Origin: Ptychomitrium polyphyllum | Lineage: Eukaryota | Assembly (NCBI GenBank): GCA_973851085.1 | Contig: OZ316775.1 | Location: forward strand, 12,648,001 to 12,712,000 | Direction: 5' to 3' | DNA length: 64,000 bases | In this document: positions 12,144 through 25,160 of the stretch, piece after piece | How positions within the stretch are numbered: position 1 is the stretch's first letter | Layout: each line of letters starts with the position of its first letter | The notes under the pieces: model-generated | What the model was told of the DNA's origin: nothing | Seen by the model: only the letters and a program-made list of their open reading frames with translations | Databases searched by the model: none | Position numbers and translations under genes: made by a program

Positions 12144-15100
12144 GTTAAAATCTATCAATTATATGAATTACTTGAATTTTTAATACCAATTTTCCATAAT
12201 GTAATCAAATTTCCAAAATTCAAAAAAATTCATTATAAATTTAAATGGAGTGATTCAAACGGTATTAAAAAGCTAGCAATATAAACTACAAAAAGTAAAA
12301 TATTACAATAAAAGTTCAAACAAATTCAAGCTTTTTATCTAAGTTTAGCTACGGCTTGTTGGATTTTTTAATTCCAACTTCTTACAATAAGCTAAACTTC
12401 TAAAATTTATAATTGATTCACAATAATTTTACATTGAGTGTTCTAAACGGCATTGGAATCCAATCACAATATTTACAAGTGAAATTTACAAAACTCTTAA
12501 TCAAAATAGATTTAAGCTACAAATTAAAGTTTAGCATATTGAGTTTTGAAATTCCACAAATCCGACTTCAACAAAGTAACTGAACTTCTAAGATTCATAA
12601 TTAATCCACCACATTTCCAATTTGAGTGTTCTAAACTATATTAGAAACTCAATCTTAAGATTTGCAAGAATACAAATTCAAATGAAAGATTGGAATTAAG
12701 TTTTAGAAACTAATTAAGGCGCAATTGTAGTTCACTAGAATAGTGATTTTTGCCATTCAAATTTTAGATCCACGCTTCCAAGTTTTAAATTGATGCTTTA
12801 AATCCAAGATCAATGACTTTAGCTTAAAAATTTCCTAGAATATTTTAAGATTCCACATTACTTCTATCAATAAAAAAAATAAGGAAGAGAAGTAAAAGAT
12901 AAGAAAAACAAAGGAAGAGGAGGAAGTACAAGAGAGAAAGTAAAATGGAGTGAAGTGAAGTCCCTTTTTCTTGGACTTAGACTTATTCTGTTTCTTTAAC
13001 GTGAATCAAATGTTGTCTAAGACTTCATAAACCAATGCTGACATGCCTTTAAAACTGCATCATCTTGCTTCACCAAACCTCAACCCCAATCTTAAGGCAC
13101 TCTAGCATTAGATTATTAACACTTGACCATTACCTAATTTAACTTTTAAATCCTAATTCAACATTTATTGGAAGCTTATCTCTCATTTTTCTACATCAAA
13201 CCATGTTTTACTTTCATTGGTAAAAATTCTCTACTTTCATCTAACTTAGTTCTCAATCTTATTTATAATTACTAAGCAATCTAAGCTAAGGAATTTGTTC
13301 CTTTTATTCTAATTTAACCAATTATTTATTCCTAAGTAATGTGAATTTTTAATAACTATTTAATTGCACAGTTATTTTGTTAAGAACTAACTATCATATT
13401 ATGATTGGTAATTGTTGAATAGTCAAAGACTTGATATTTTTTTAATTGATAATAACTATTGAGAAAAAAGTAGTCTAGGCAAGTTTATAGTTAATACTAC
13501 CAAATGGAAGAGACATGGTAGTTCTTCAAATTAAATTATGAAAACATTTTAAAACTTGCTGTAATGAAAGAATACACATAAGAAATATAATACATTAAAA
13601 CATAGTTGATGCATAATCCAAATATGGAGTATATAACTTGATTAATTAAAAAATAAGATAAAACACACTTTCAAATTTTTTTGGTTGAGAATTTAACTAC
13701 TATTTTCTAGATCCTATAATAATGAATTAATATATGATGTTTGAACTAATAGACTACTAGTATCATTTGATACTTTTTTTATTGGATGATGTCCAATAGT
13801 TATTGCTAAAAGATATCTGATAGTACCGAATATAACACTTAGTAGGTCGATAATATATTCTATAAATGAAGGCCTTTTGGCTCTCTTTAAGCTTGATTCC
13901 AACCAATGACATCATTTTTTTGTTAATTTAAAGCAAAAACAATAGAATGAGCTCATTCTACAATTTACAACAACTACAAAAAAAATGTGTTGATCAAATT
14001 TGAATATAATTTCCATGATACGTATGAATATTTCTTGATTCATTTGGCTACTCTCATCTTGCATGTATTTCTTCTTGTATCGCCATGGCAACTTTGCACT
14101 ATTAGAATGAGTGAGTTTACTAAACAAAAATCCTGAATTTATAAAAGCAAATAATTGACAAGAATTTATACTAGAAAATTGTGCTAATTTTCCAAACCAA
14201 TTAGCTAAAATTTTAATATATTACTATGGTTGTATAATCTACAATTTAAAAATCCATAATCATTATATGCAACTTTCAAACTTGTTCATTTCAACATTTA
14301 AAATAATCAATTTGAATGCAAGCTTTTTTCTTCTATTTGTATTCTTCCTACTTTAGTCTTTTATAACATTTTGCATACTTTTTTTCTCAACAAAACTTTG
14401 TGAGCTTATTTTATATTTCACCAAAAACATTACCAATAAATCTTATGGCAATTGAAGTTGTGAAGAAATACAAACGACTATTTTTTTCACTTTAACTTTT
14501 GGTCTTACATTGCATTTAAATCTGATTTGCAATTACTATCATAATTTCTAACCCAAATACTATTTTCTTCTGAATATTTAATATGATTGAAATTCTATCA
14601 TCAGAATCTCAGTGCAATCCTCATAATACTCACTAGAAACTAAATTTTGAAACGTATTCATCTCCACCGCCATAGTTTTTAGATCCCTAGAACGCTGACG
14701 CTGTACGTTTACTTTTTAGCTTAAATTAGAATCTAAAATCTTGTAAGAATATTTTGTATTTTATTAAAAACATCTTTTCAAAGTTCCATTCTCAAAAGCC
14801 TCTCCAAATACACCCACAAGCCAAAATTCTTACATTCTAAATTCTGTCCATACAAGTCGTCTGCCTTGTTCCTTTTATCTTGGCATTTTTGCTCTATTTC
14901 TTTATTTTAGTACCATTACTTCTCCACTCGGTTCACTTGCATATCAAAAGCATTTTTCTCCACATGCTTTCCACTTCTAATTGTTAAAACTTCTTATCCT
15001 TTTATTTATAGATTTAACTATCTATTACTATTATTTCTATTCAACCTCAAATTCTCTAATATCTTTATAGAATCCTTATCTTCTAACTTCATTTTTCAAA

Positions 15101-15645
15101 ATGCAACTTTGGTGAATTATATAATAAAAACATAACAAAAGAAAAGTCTAAGAAAAGAAAAACAGAGTGAGAAGAAGTATAAAAATTGATGCACCAAGAT
15201 TTTGTGTTTATTACTATGACACTTTTTACTCTTTTATTGTTATTTTTATTTAGTCTCTCCTTTCTTTTTTCACAAAATCTTTAATAAAAGACAATTAATT
15301 AATGCTTTTATTTATATATGCATTTATGATATAATAATGCTTCATGCAACGTCCATTACCATATGGCTTGGTATAATGGACACTGTACCAAATAAAGATT
15401 GTTATTTTGTGTGGAATTTCAATTTCACTTAGACTTTACATTAAGACAAGAGATTTTTAAAAATAATGGTCTTCTTTTTAGTCCATATAAATGTTTGATA
15501 AAATGGGAAGAAATGAAAGAATGTAGTTGATGAAATCTAGCAAATTGAAAGACTTAGCATTTTATTATTGCATATATATACTCCTACAAAATTCCATATT
15601 CTTGGATAATAAACCACCTATATTATTAGCTTCTCACTTTCCGGC

Positions 15646-16014
15646 TGTCATATATATACATATTAGAAGCATCCAAAACTATTCATAGAAAATTTAGTAA
15701 GACTAAAGAAGCTTCCAAACAAGTTTTTTTTGCCAAAGAAGCTTCCATTGAAGAAATTCAAGGTTGCTTGAGTACAAAGCAATGTAGTAGAAGCTTCTCA
15801 AGAAGCTTTCAAGGCTTGTAATCCTATTATATATAGGAATCAAGGCTAAAGGGATCTTTAGTCTTAACAACGCATCTCTTAAGGGCTAGTTCAAATTTCA
15901 TGGCCTTGTCTTTGTATCTTGTTGTAATTATTTATTTTTAATATACCTTAAACATACCTTGTTCCATATATTGGAGTCTTAAAGCTTTGCCTTATCAATA
16001 CTCTATCTATAATA
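15646..16014 (+). repeat. 5' LTR of family B
   Basis: Starts TGTCA, ends TATAATA (decayed TATAACA), aligns to 30809-31257. Confidence 0.85.
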
Positions 16015-18174
16015 GTTTGTCAAACCTGACATACAAAAATATCATAATTTGATTCTTTTTGATAGAGAGCAAATGACTTCTTTTCTTCAAAGTACCATAG
16101 TGATGTAGAAGTTGCAAATTACCCTCTTCTAGATTAAAATTGCTTCTTGAATTATCCTAAGTTTTTATTTATTTAATAGTATTTATTTGTTTCTATTTCA
16201 TTTGCATGTTAAGAGGTGAAGAAGTCAATATAACTAATACAAAATAACCTAAATTAGATTCCATTATCATTGCCCTTGAAACATTAAGGATAAAAACCAA
16301 GATTTTATCCAAGTAAAATAAATAACTTTATTTGACTATACATAGTGGCTAAGGAGCAAAACAGTCCCAATTGCCACCTCAAGTCACTTTAAATGCTCCA
16401 TCAACTATACCTGCTTTAATAGAACATGGACAAATTCAAGCTGATAATTCAATGTCAACAGCCAAAGAACCAAGTATTAGCCTTCCATAGAAATTTGACG
16501 GTATTTGTTCAAAATTTCAAGGCATTGTAAACCAAGTTCAACTTGTTACCTTGCTCCAACTTCAACAATATCCTACAGACATTTTACGCGTTGATTTATT
16601 GGAAACTTTGCTCTCAAAACAAGCTTTGTCTTGGTTTGCACCATTTTTTGAGAAGAATTCTTCCATATTTAATAACTTTGATGCGTTCCTAGTTGCGTTT
16701 GTAGAAGCATTTGATAACCATGACAAGCTTTGTTTTGCAAATACTAAGATTCCTGCCTTGTGCCAAAGACCACGTTCGATGTTAATTTATGCATTTGAAT
16801 TTTGCATGTGAGATTAATTGGGGAAAAATAGCTTTTATGAGTAAATTTCATTGAGGCATAGGTGATGAGGTTATGGATTTATTGCTATCCATGTCAGATT
16901 CCTAGACACTTGATGAGGCCATTGGCTAACCTCAAAAGTGTGATGATCGTCTATTTCAACATCAACAAGATAAATAGGCTTTAATTACGCTGCGGCCATA
17001 TACCAACAATTCAGTAGCTTTGGCCTCGTTTACTTCTAATAAGTATTTGGGGGTGGAAGCCATATAGATTGATGCGGTTTGTTTCAAGTCCCTTATTGAA
17101 TATAAGAAGAAACAATGAAAGAATCAAAGGTTGTATTTGTATTGTGGAAAATCTGGCCACAAGGTTGATAATTGCCTAGAGAAACCTCTACGTACATATT
17201 GGATGAAAGGTACAACCACAACACCAAATAATTTGCAGAAAAATGAAAATGTTTATCCACAATAGGAATCGTGCCACTAGATCCGCTTCCTTTGTATGAA
17301 GAAAAAGGTTATGTCTGATGAGCTCATCCTTCTTTTTGTTTTATTATACTCGTTTGTTTAGGTGTTCAAAAGCTCAAAACCCTTGCTCTAATAGATTCAA
17401 GAGCCTCAGCTTACTTTCATGATAAAGAGTTTATAAAAATCCATAAGTATTCTTTTATTAAGAAATCCAAACCCGTCCATGTAGATGGAATAGATGGTCA
17501 ATTGTTATCTTCCGGAGATGTTATTTATGAGACAAATTCATTAAAAGTAACATTGGACAATTATAACAGTCAAGTGTTATTCAATTTCATTGGATCTCCA
17601 TCAAGTCCCATCATTCTAAGGCTTTCTTGGCTCAAAAAGTACAACCTGCAAATCAATTGGGCATCCTGCAAAATAAAATTTCTATCATTAAAACCTATAA
17701 CTACTAAGCCTATGGAGGAAGCTGAAGCATCTTATAGATCTAAGACCATAAAACCACTATGTATTGGAGCTAGAGCATTTATGAGAGCAGCAAAGACTGG
17801 TGCTTTTTTTGCTGTATATGCAACTGCAACATCCAAAGTTGTGGCTTCATCTTTTACCATTCCAAAGAAGTATAAGGTCTTTGGTAATGTATTCAAAAAG
17901 AAGAATGAAGACACCCTACTAGAACATTGTCCTTACAACTGTGCCATAGACCTCCAAGACGGCAATTAGTTACAATTTAAACCTATATATAATTTATTCC
18001 AAAACAAGCTTTCATCATTAAGAATGTACATTGATGAAAACTTAGCCAAGATCTTCCTTTGACATTCCAAATCTCTTGCTAGTGTTCAAATAATTTTTGT
18101 AAAGAAAAAAGATGGATCCTTACAAATCTGTGTCAATTATCACAATCTCAATAAAATGTCGGTGAAGAACTAAT

Positions 18175-18737
18175 TGTCACGATTATAAATTATGCAATAT
18201 AATCCTTGGAACCTCTTAGAACCTTCAAATATATAATAGTAGCTTCTTAGAATACTTTCCATAGCCGTTTTTATGTTTTTTAAAAAAACTCTTATGAAAA
18301 ATTTTCCACCTCAAAAATTTCTTAGGAAGATTCCATCATCTCAAAAAAATTCCTAGGAAAGTTTCACCACCTTTAGAAACTTCCTAAGAAGGTTCCATTA
18401 CCTCATGAAACTTTCTAGATAGGTTCCATCTCTTTATAATACTGCCTAGGAAGCATCCACCACTTTAAAAAACTTTTAGGGAAGGTTCCATAGACTTTTA
18501 GAACATTCTTAAGCCTTGTAGGAAGCTTCTTTAGAAGTATCCTAGAAGATACAAATGTCATAGTATAAATAGGAGGCAAGACAAGGTATTCCTTAGTCTT
18601 GCCAATACAAATTGTAGATCATCTTGAATCCTCCCTTGTTCTAGTCTTTGTATAAAATCTTGTAAATCATTAGCTCTTTGGAAGCTAATTCAGGGGAAAC
18701 ACTTCGTTTCTACTTCTTGTTTCTTGTGTTCCTAACA
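18175..18737 (+). repeat. 5' LTR of A2
   Basis: TGTCAC...CCTAACA, with an expanded ~30-bp GAA/TTC palindromic repeat array and TATAAAT at 18564. Confidence 0.92.
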
Positions 18738-20405
18738 GTTTGACAAAACTACTCTTCATCTTTGTCAGAGCTAAGGTTCTTTGAAGAAGATTGTGGATTA
18801 TCCATCTTTTTTAGGATTCCATAGCGTCTTAGAGGTTGCCGATTGCCGTCTTCAAAGCTGGCACCATTGAGTTGGTTTCTCCTTCTAGAACCAAGTATTG
18901 CTTCTTTCAAAGGACGTGGATTACCTTCCTTTGAAGGTATTCATAGTCTTTTTCTCTTTCACAGTCTTAAGAAATGGCTAACGTGCTTGGAACATCAAAG
19001 AATAGGTTTGCAACTATTGTAAACCTTCATGAATTATTAAACATAGTTTGAACGGAAGTCTCTCGATTCAACACTACCAACAATTTAGAGCAACATACTC
19101 ATCAAGCCAAAGAATCCAATGGTAATATTCAAAGTCTATATCAAGAGGTTGTGCAATTGTAAGAGGCCAATATTGGAAGAGAAGGCTTATGTAAAATCCA
19201 TGCAGAGCCAAAGATTAGCATGCCTGATAAGCTTGATGGATTAAGATTAAAGTTAAGAGGCTTTGTTCAACAAGTAAGCATCTTCCTTAATTTGCATCAA
19301 TCTTGCTATCTTGATGGCACAACTCAAGTGGAATTTATAGCCACTCTTTTATCAAACAACGCACTATTGTAGTTTGTATCCTAAATGAAAAAGCAGTCAC
19401 CATTGTTGAACAACTTAGATGCTTTTATAGAAGCATTGGCATCTACTTTTGAAAACACTGACTGAGAGAAAGTTGCTGAAATAAGGATCTAGAGTCTACA
19501 ACAAAACCAACACTCAGTTGTTATATATGTTGCAGAGTTTCAACAACTAACTTGCGACTTTGATTAGAATGATAAGGCCTCGATCACACGATTCCGATGG
19601 AGCTTAAAAAAGAATGTGAAGGACTTGCTACTTACAATGCCAAGAGTTGAAACATTAGACGAATTCATTACTTAAGCAATAGCATGTGACAATAAACTAT
19701 TTGAAAGGCGCCAAGAATAATGCTTGGGATGGCAATCAGTACATCAAAGTATGTCTACTACTTCTTTAAGTGTATTGGAAAGCGGACCACAAGGGCCTAA
19801 ACCTATGCAAATTGATGCTGCCTAGTTTAGACATTTGGTTCCAGAAGAAAAAGAAAGGCGTCAAAGAGGAAATCTATGTTTATATTGTGGCAAATTTGGA
19901 CATAAAGAGCACGATTGCCAAATTAAAGGATCTGCCTTTAAGGCTCAAAGCACAATGGTGGAGTTGGAAAACGAGGCTGTTCAGTCACAATAGGGACCAT
20001 GCGACTGGACACCACAAAGAAACCACCATCAAATTAAGGTCTCTTACTACCTTCAAGCCCTACCTCTTATTTTACATTTCGTATTAAAATTAAATTGTTA
20101 GATAATGAAATAGTTAGTGAAGTTCTTTTTGACACTGGTGCAACGACATGCTTCGTGAACAAGGATTTTGCAATCAAACATCACATGGTGCTTATGAATA
20201 AAAATACCTCGCACCTGTTGAAGTTATTGATGGACGACTTTTTAGATCTGGCAACGTTATTCAAGAAACTCAACCATTGCAGATTGTTTTAGAGGACAAA
20301 GCATCTAAGATTGTATTCAACATCATTCACTGCCGAACAAATTCTATTATCTTGGACCTTCCTTGATTTGAATTACATAATCCAGACATTGAGTGGCGCT
20401 TACAA

Positions 20406-21944
20406 TGACGTGATGCAATTAATTGTATAGTTTAAAATTTAAGTACTATTTGTTGTTTGGTATATTTGGAAATGATTATCAGAAAAAAAAAAAATTAAAT
20501 TAAAAAAGGGTCGTAGTGAAACCACAATTTTTATTTGTCTAAGAAGTGGAACCGCATCTTGTCTTAGCTCAGGGTAATTGAGGCAGTTGACTGTAGTTTT
20601 TCCTGCCTACTGTTTTTGCTAGCAGTACTAAGTCAAGTGCTGCCGTATTACTCAACGAATTTGACAAGAATAAAACTCAAACCGGTTCAGCACCTGAAAC
20701 TTATCCAGTCAACCAAGTTCAAGACTTGGTGTTTGAACCTACTTCGACAATGGTTTTATTCTTAATTTGTTTCTTATTGAATTTCAATCTTTTTCCTACT
20801 TTCTTTAATTTATTATAGTTTTATTTTAGACTTGTGAAACTTAATTTTATCTTCTTTGTAGCTAAAACCTAGAAGTTTCAACCAAAAGAGAGAAAAGAAA
20901 TAAAAGCAAAAGAAAGAGATTTAGGTTGTTTTTTATTTGAAGATATGGTTAGATAAGGGTTTGATGAAGGACATTAGGGCTGATGTGGAGAGATATAGCT
21001 GATGTGGAGAGATATAGCTGATGTGGAGAGATAAGGGGCGGATGTGGCGGTTTGACCACCACCCTCTTTTTCTCTCTCGGCCTCTCCCACTAGAATAAGA
21101 AGGCAGCCCTTCTCTAGATGAGATCTCATAGTATACTTTTTAATTTGTGTTGATTTTTGTTGAATTTTCTTTCTTTCTTTGTAAGCTTTTCAGCAAGCCA
21201 TCACACGCTTCATTTGGAGTTAGTTCGTAATCATGGCTTTAGTTTGAGTGAAATTAAATTAGCTGCCTGGAGTTTCTGAGGGCAACTAGTTTGAATGTTT
21301 GTAACTTCTTGTAAAAATTTCTTGTATAAGTGAAATTTTTAGAAAAAAATTTCAATTACTTTGGAAAAATGATTTCAAAATTTGGTAAGCATTGGACTTC
21401 TTGAGCAAAAAATACAAAGACAAATGCAAACGGGACATAGATGGTAGTGTATAGTAGAGTTTGGCATTGTTCAATTTGGGTCATTATAGATGATAGAAGG
21501 GTTTTCTAAGGTTGATCTTTTGACAAGGTGTTTATTATAAGATTTTTATTATATACACAAAATTCAAAGTTTGAATTTATCATAAGAAAAGAGTTATGAA
21601 GTGGTAAAGTGATAGAGGTATAGTAGCTGTAGTTATGAAAAATGTAAAATTTGAAATTATGGATCTTAGAGGGTACTAAGGATTTGGCAATCAAAATTTA
21701 TATATAGCTTACTCAATGCTTTAAGAAAATTTTGTTGAAACTTTAAGTGCTTTGGATTAATTTGTTAGAAGTTATGACATATTTAACATTTGAGATTTTT
21801 AAGGCAGTATAAAGGAAATTTTTGGAATAGGGTATTTGCTTCATTGGGTATTAGAAATAGAAACTTTTCATGCATCTTCACTTTGATCAATTAGATATTA
21901 AAAAAGATCCTGTCTTTCTTATAGCTACCACTCTTACTACAGCA
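20406..21944. mobile_element. ~1.54-kb insertion in A2 between PR and RT, probable solo LTR of a third family
   Basis: Host sequence is continuous across it when compared with A1 (…CGCTCACGGAGTGTGG…). TG...CA ends, apparent 4-bp duplication ACAA/ACAG, no coding content. Confidence 0.7.
20979..21047 (+). repeat. 19-bp tandem repeat (GCTGATGTGGAGAGATATA) x~3.5
   Basis: Read directly in the sequence, inside the 20406-21944 insertion. Confidence 0.9.
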
Positions 21945-24900
21945 ACAGAGTGTGGTCTTATGGAAAAAACGTCAAGATACAAAAAATCTTGGACTATCAT
22001 TTATTGGAGCTAAAGCATTCATGAAAGCGGCAAAAGATGAACCAATCAATGCCATTTATGCCACATCAATGTCCCGCTCAATAATAGACAATAAACAAAG
22101 CATACCTCGTCAATATCAAGATTATAAAAACGTTTTTGAGAAGAAAAATGCAGATATATTACCTAAGCGCCGGCCTTACAATTGTACCATTGAGTTGTTA
22201 GTAGGAGCCCAACCACTTTTTGGACCTATTTATAACTTATCACAAAATGAGTTGACCGTCTTGAGAAAATATATTGATGAAAACCTCGGAAAGGGCTTCA
22301 TTCAATATTCTAAATCACTTGCTGGAGCATCCATTCTATTTATAAAGAAGAAAGATGGACCATTATGTATGTGCATGAACTATCCACGCCTCAATAAAGT
22401 GAGCTAGAAGAATTGTTATCCATTACTATTAATCTCAAGACTTCTACAGCAACTTGGACAAGCAAAGATATTTACCAAATTAGATCTTATGAGAGCTTAC
22501 AATCTTGTACGTATTAAAGAAGGAAATGAATGGAAGATAACTTTCCATTTTAAGTATGGCCACTTTGAGTACAATGTCATGCCTTTTGGCCTTACTAATG
22601 TCCTTGCAGTCTTCCAGCACATGATGAACAATATCTTTCATGAACACTTGGACAATTTTGTAGTCATTTACTTGGATGATATTTTGATATGTTCAAAGAA
22701 TAAACAAGACTACAAATGTCATGTGTGCATGATCTTAGAAAAGCTATGCCAGCAAGGATTATATGCCAAATTGGAAAAGTGCCTCTTTCATGAATCTTTA
22801 GTTGAAGTTTTAAACTATATCATTTTTAAAGGAGGAATCTATATGGATGAGAAGAAAATAAGTATTGTCATGGAGTGGAATAGGCCATGATCAATTTGAA
22901 ATGTTCAATGCTTTTTGGGAATTGCAAACTTTTACAAAATATTCATCAAGGATTATTCCAAATTGCAACACCATTGACACGTCTTATGGAGAAGCCTAAA
23001 TTCACTTCAAATAAAGAGGCAAAAAGAACATCTTAAGGTTTTAAGGAGTCATTCACGTTGGCTCCAATATTTATTCATTCAAATCCATCAAAGCGTTTCT
23101 ATTTGGAAGCAAATGCCTCAAATTTTGCATTTGGTTCAATTTTCTCTTAATATGATGAAAACGGGAGACTTCACCTTCTTGCCTTTTGTTCAAGAAAGTT
23201 ATTAGCGGCAGAGATCAACTAGGACATATATGATAAGGAATTACTTGCAATAGTAGATAAGTTTGAAGAATGGCGGCACTTGTTGGAAGGAGCTCAACAT
23301 ACCATCACAATATCTACAAACCATAAAAACTTAGAATATTTCATGAATGCGCAAATTCTGAATTGCCATTAAGCAAGGTGGAGTATGTCACTTTCTAGAT
23401 TTGATTTTATCATTATCAATCAACCTGGTAGTCTACAAAGTAAGCTAGATGCCTTATTTCAATAAAATTATTTAGCTCTTCAATTTGGAAATAATGTTTT
23501 GAATCAATAAAGGATTATTTTTTTGGAGCTAGAAAATCTTCCAAATGAAAGCAGCGATTATTACAACAACATACCATCTTGAAAAAATTTGAAAGGCTTT
23601 GGAAAATGATGCCTTTGTTTCAAATATATTGAAAGCGCCTCAAAATCAACGGAGGTCCTTCAAATAATCATGAGGATTTTGATTTCCAAGAGGGCCTACT
23701 TTATTATAAAGGTCTTTTGTATCTACCTCCAGGCCATTTGCAATTGAAGATCCTTCAAGTATGTCATGATTTTTTAGCAGCAGGGCATTTTGGATTCAAT
23801 TAAATAATGGAATTGATTGTTAAAGACTATTGGTTGCCGCAAATGTGAAAATAAATAAAGGACTTTGTTTGATCATGCAACATTTGTGCAAGGGCTAAGG
23901 TACCAAGATACCAACCTCATAGATTCTTCCATCCGCTTCTAGTGCCAAAAGGGTCCATGGTTGTCATTATCAATGGATTTTATTATGGACTTTCCAAACT
24001 CCGATTCTAAAGATTGTATTTTGGTAGTGGTGGATTAATTTACTAAGATGGCATATTTCATTCCATGCAATAAGATGGTAATAAGAAAAAAAATTGTCAA
24101 ATTGTTCTTAAATCACGTCTATTGCATATATGAATGACCAAATGATGTTGTATCTGATCGAGAGCCGCAGTTCATTTCTTACTTTTGGAGGGCTCTATTC
24201 TAGCTATTGCGTGTGAAGATCAATCTTTCTTCAGCACATCATCTACAAGCCGTTGGTCAAACCAAACGTGTGAATTAAATTTTGGAGCAATACCTTTGTT
24301 GTAGCATAAACTACCAACAAGACAACTGGATGGACCTCTTGCCTTTCGCAAAGTTTACTTACAACAATATGATGCATTCTTCAATAACTCAAAGTTCATT
24401 CTTTGCAAACTATGGCCATCATCCTTGAGCAGATTCATTTCAAATGAAGTATGTTGGAAGTTCTGCAATAGAAGATATTGCAATCCAACTTGCTAAAATC
24501 CACCAAGAAATCGCTTTCCAGTTATAACAAGCTCAAGAATGTTATAAATTTTATGCAAATTGTCAATGGAAAGATCATCCAAAATTCAAGGTTGGAGATA
24601 GCGTATGGCTTGTATGACAAAATATACAAAAAAATAGACTTTTGAATAAGCTAGATTATTAAAGGGTGGAACCATTTGAAATCAGCAAACAAATAAATTT
24701 GGTCAATTATTGCCTCAAACTAATTCCAAGGATGCAAAGTCATCCAATGTTCTACGTATCATTGTTGGAAACCTACAAGAAGTCATGTATATTACAGAAT
24801 GTTATTCTTCTACCTTCACATGTGAAAATCAAGAATGAAATGGAGTATGAAGTTGAAGAGATTTTAGATTTACACATCAATAATGGATGTGTGGAATACC

Positions 24901-25160
24901 TTATACATTAGCAAGGATATAGCATCAATATTCAAATATGAAAACCTTTGATGAACATAACAAATGCATTTGACAAGGTATGAAAATTTCATTACAGGAT
25001 TCCTCAAAAACCAGGTTAGAAAATGATATATTATTAGTAGTAGTTAGCTTTATGGAGAAGATTTTTTATACACATGCATAAGAAGGGAGGAGAGATATCC
25101 AAACTTCCACTTGTATGTAGCATTATTTCTAAAATAAATCATCTCTAAATCCTAGCTAAT

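Larger units (their letters stand above)
18975..25020 (+). pseudogene. gag-pol of A2, decayed and interrupted by a solo-LTR-like insertion
   Basis: ATG at 18975; ORF fragments 20095-20292 (PR), 21952-22407 and 22489-22890 (RT), 24666-24911 (chromodomain). Stops are mostly CAA>TAA, CGA>TGA and TGG>TAG/TGA. Confidence 0.9.

Noticed and set aside
12330..12670. Degenerate ~190-bp direct duplication (AAGTTTAGC...AACTTCTAA...TTGAGTGTTCTAAAC)
   Set aside because: Visible but too decayed to delimit or assign; probably part of an old unclassified repeat.
13714..14127. Two in-line minus-strand ORFs (71 and 62 aa)
   Set aside because: AT-rich, non-ATG starts, no recognisable domain.
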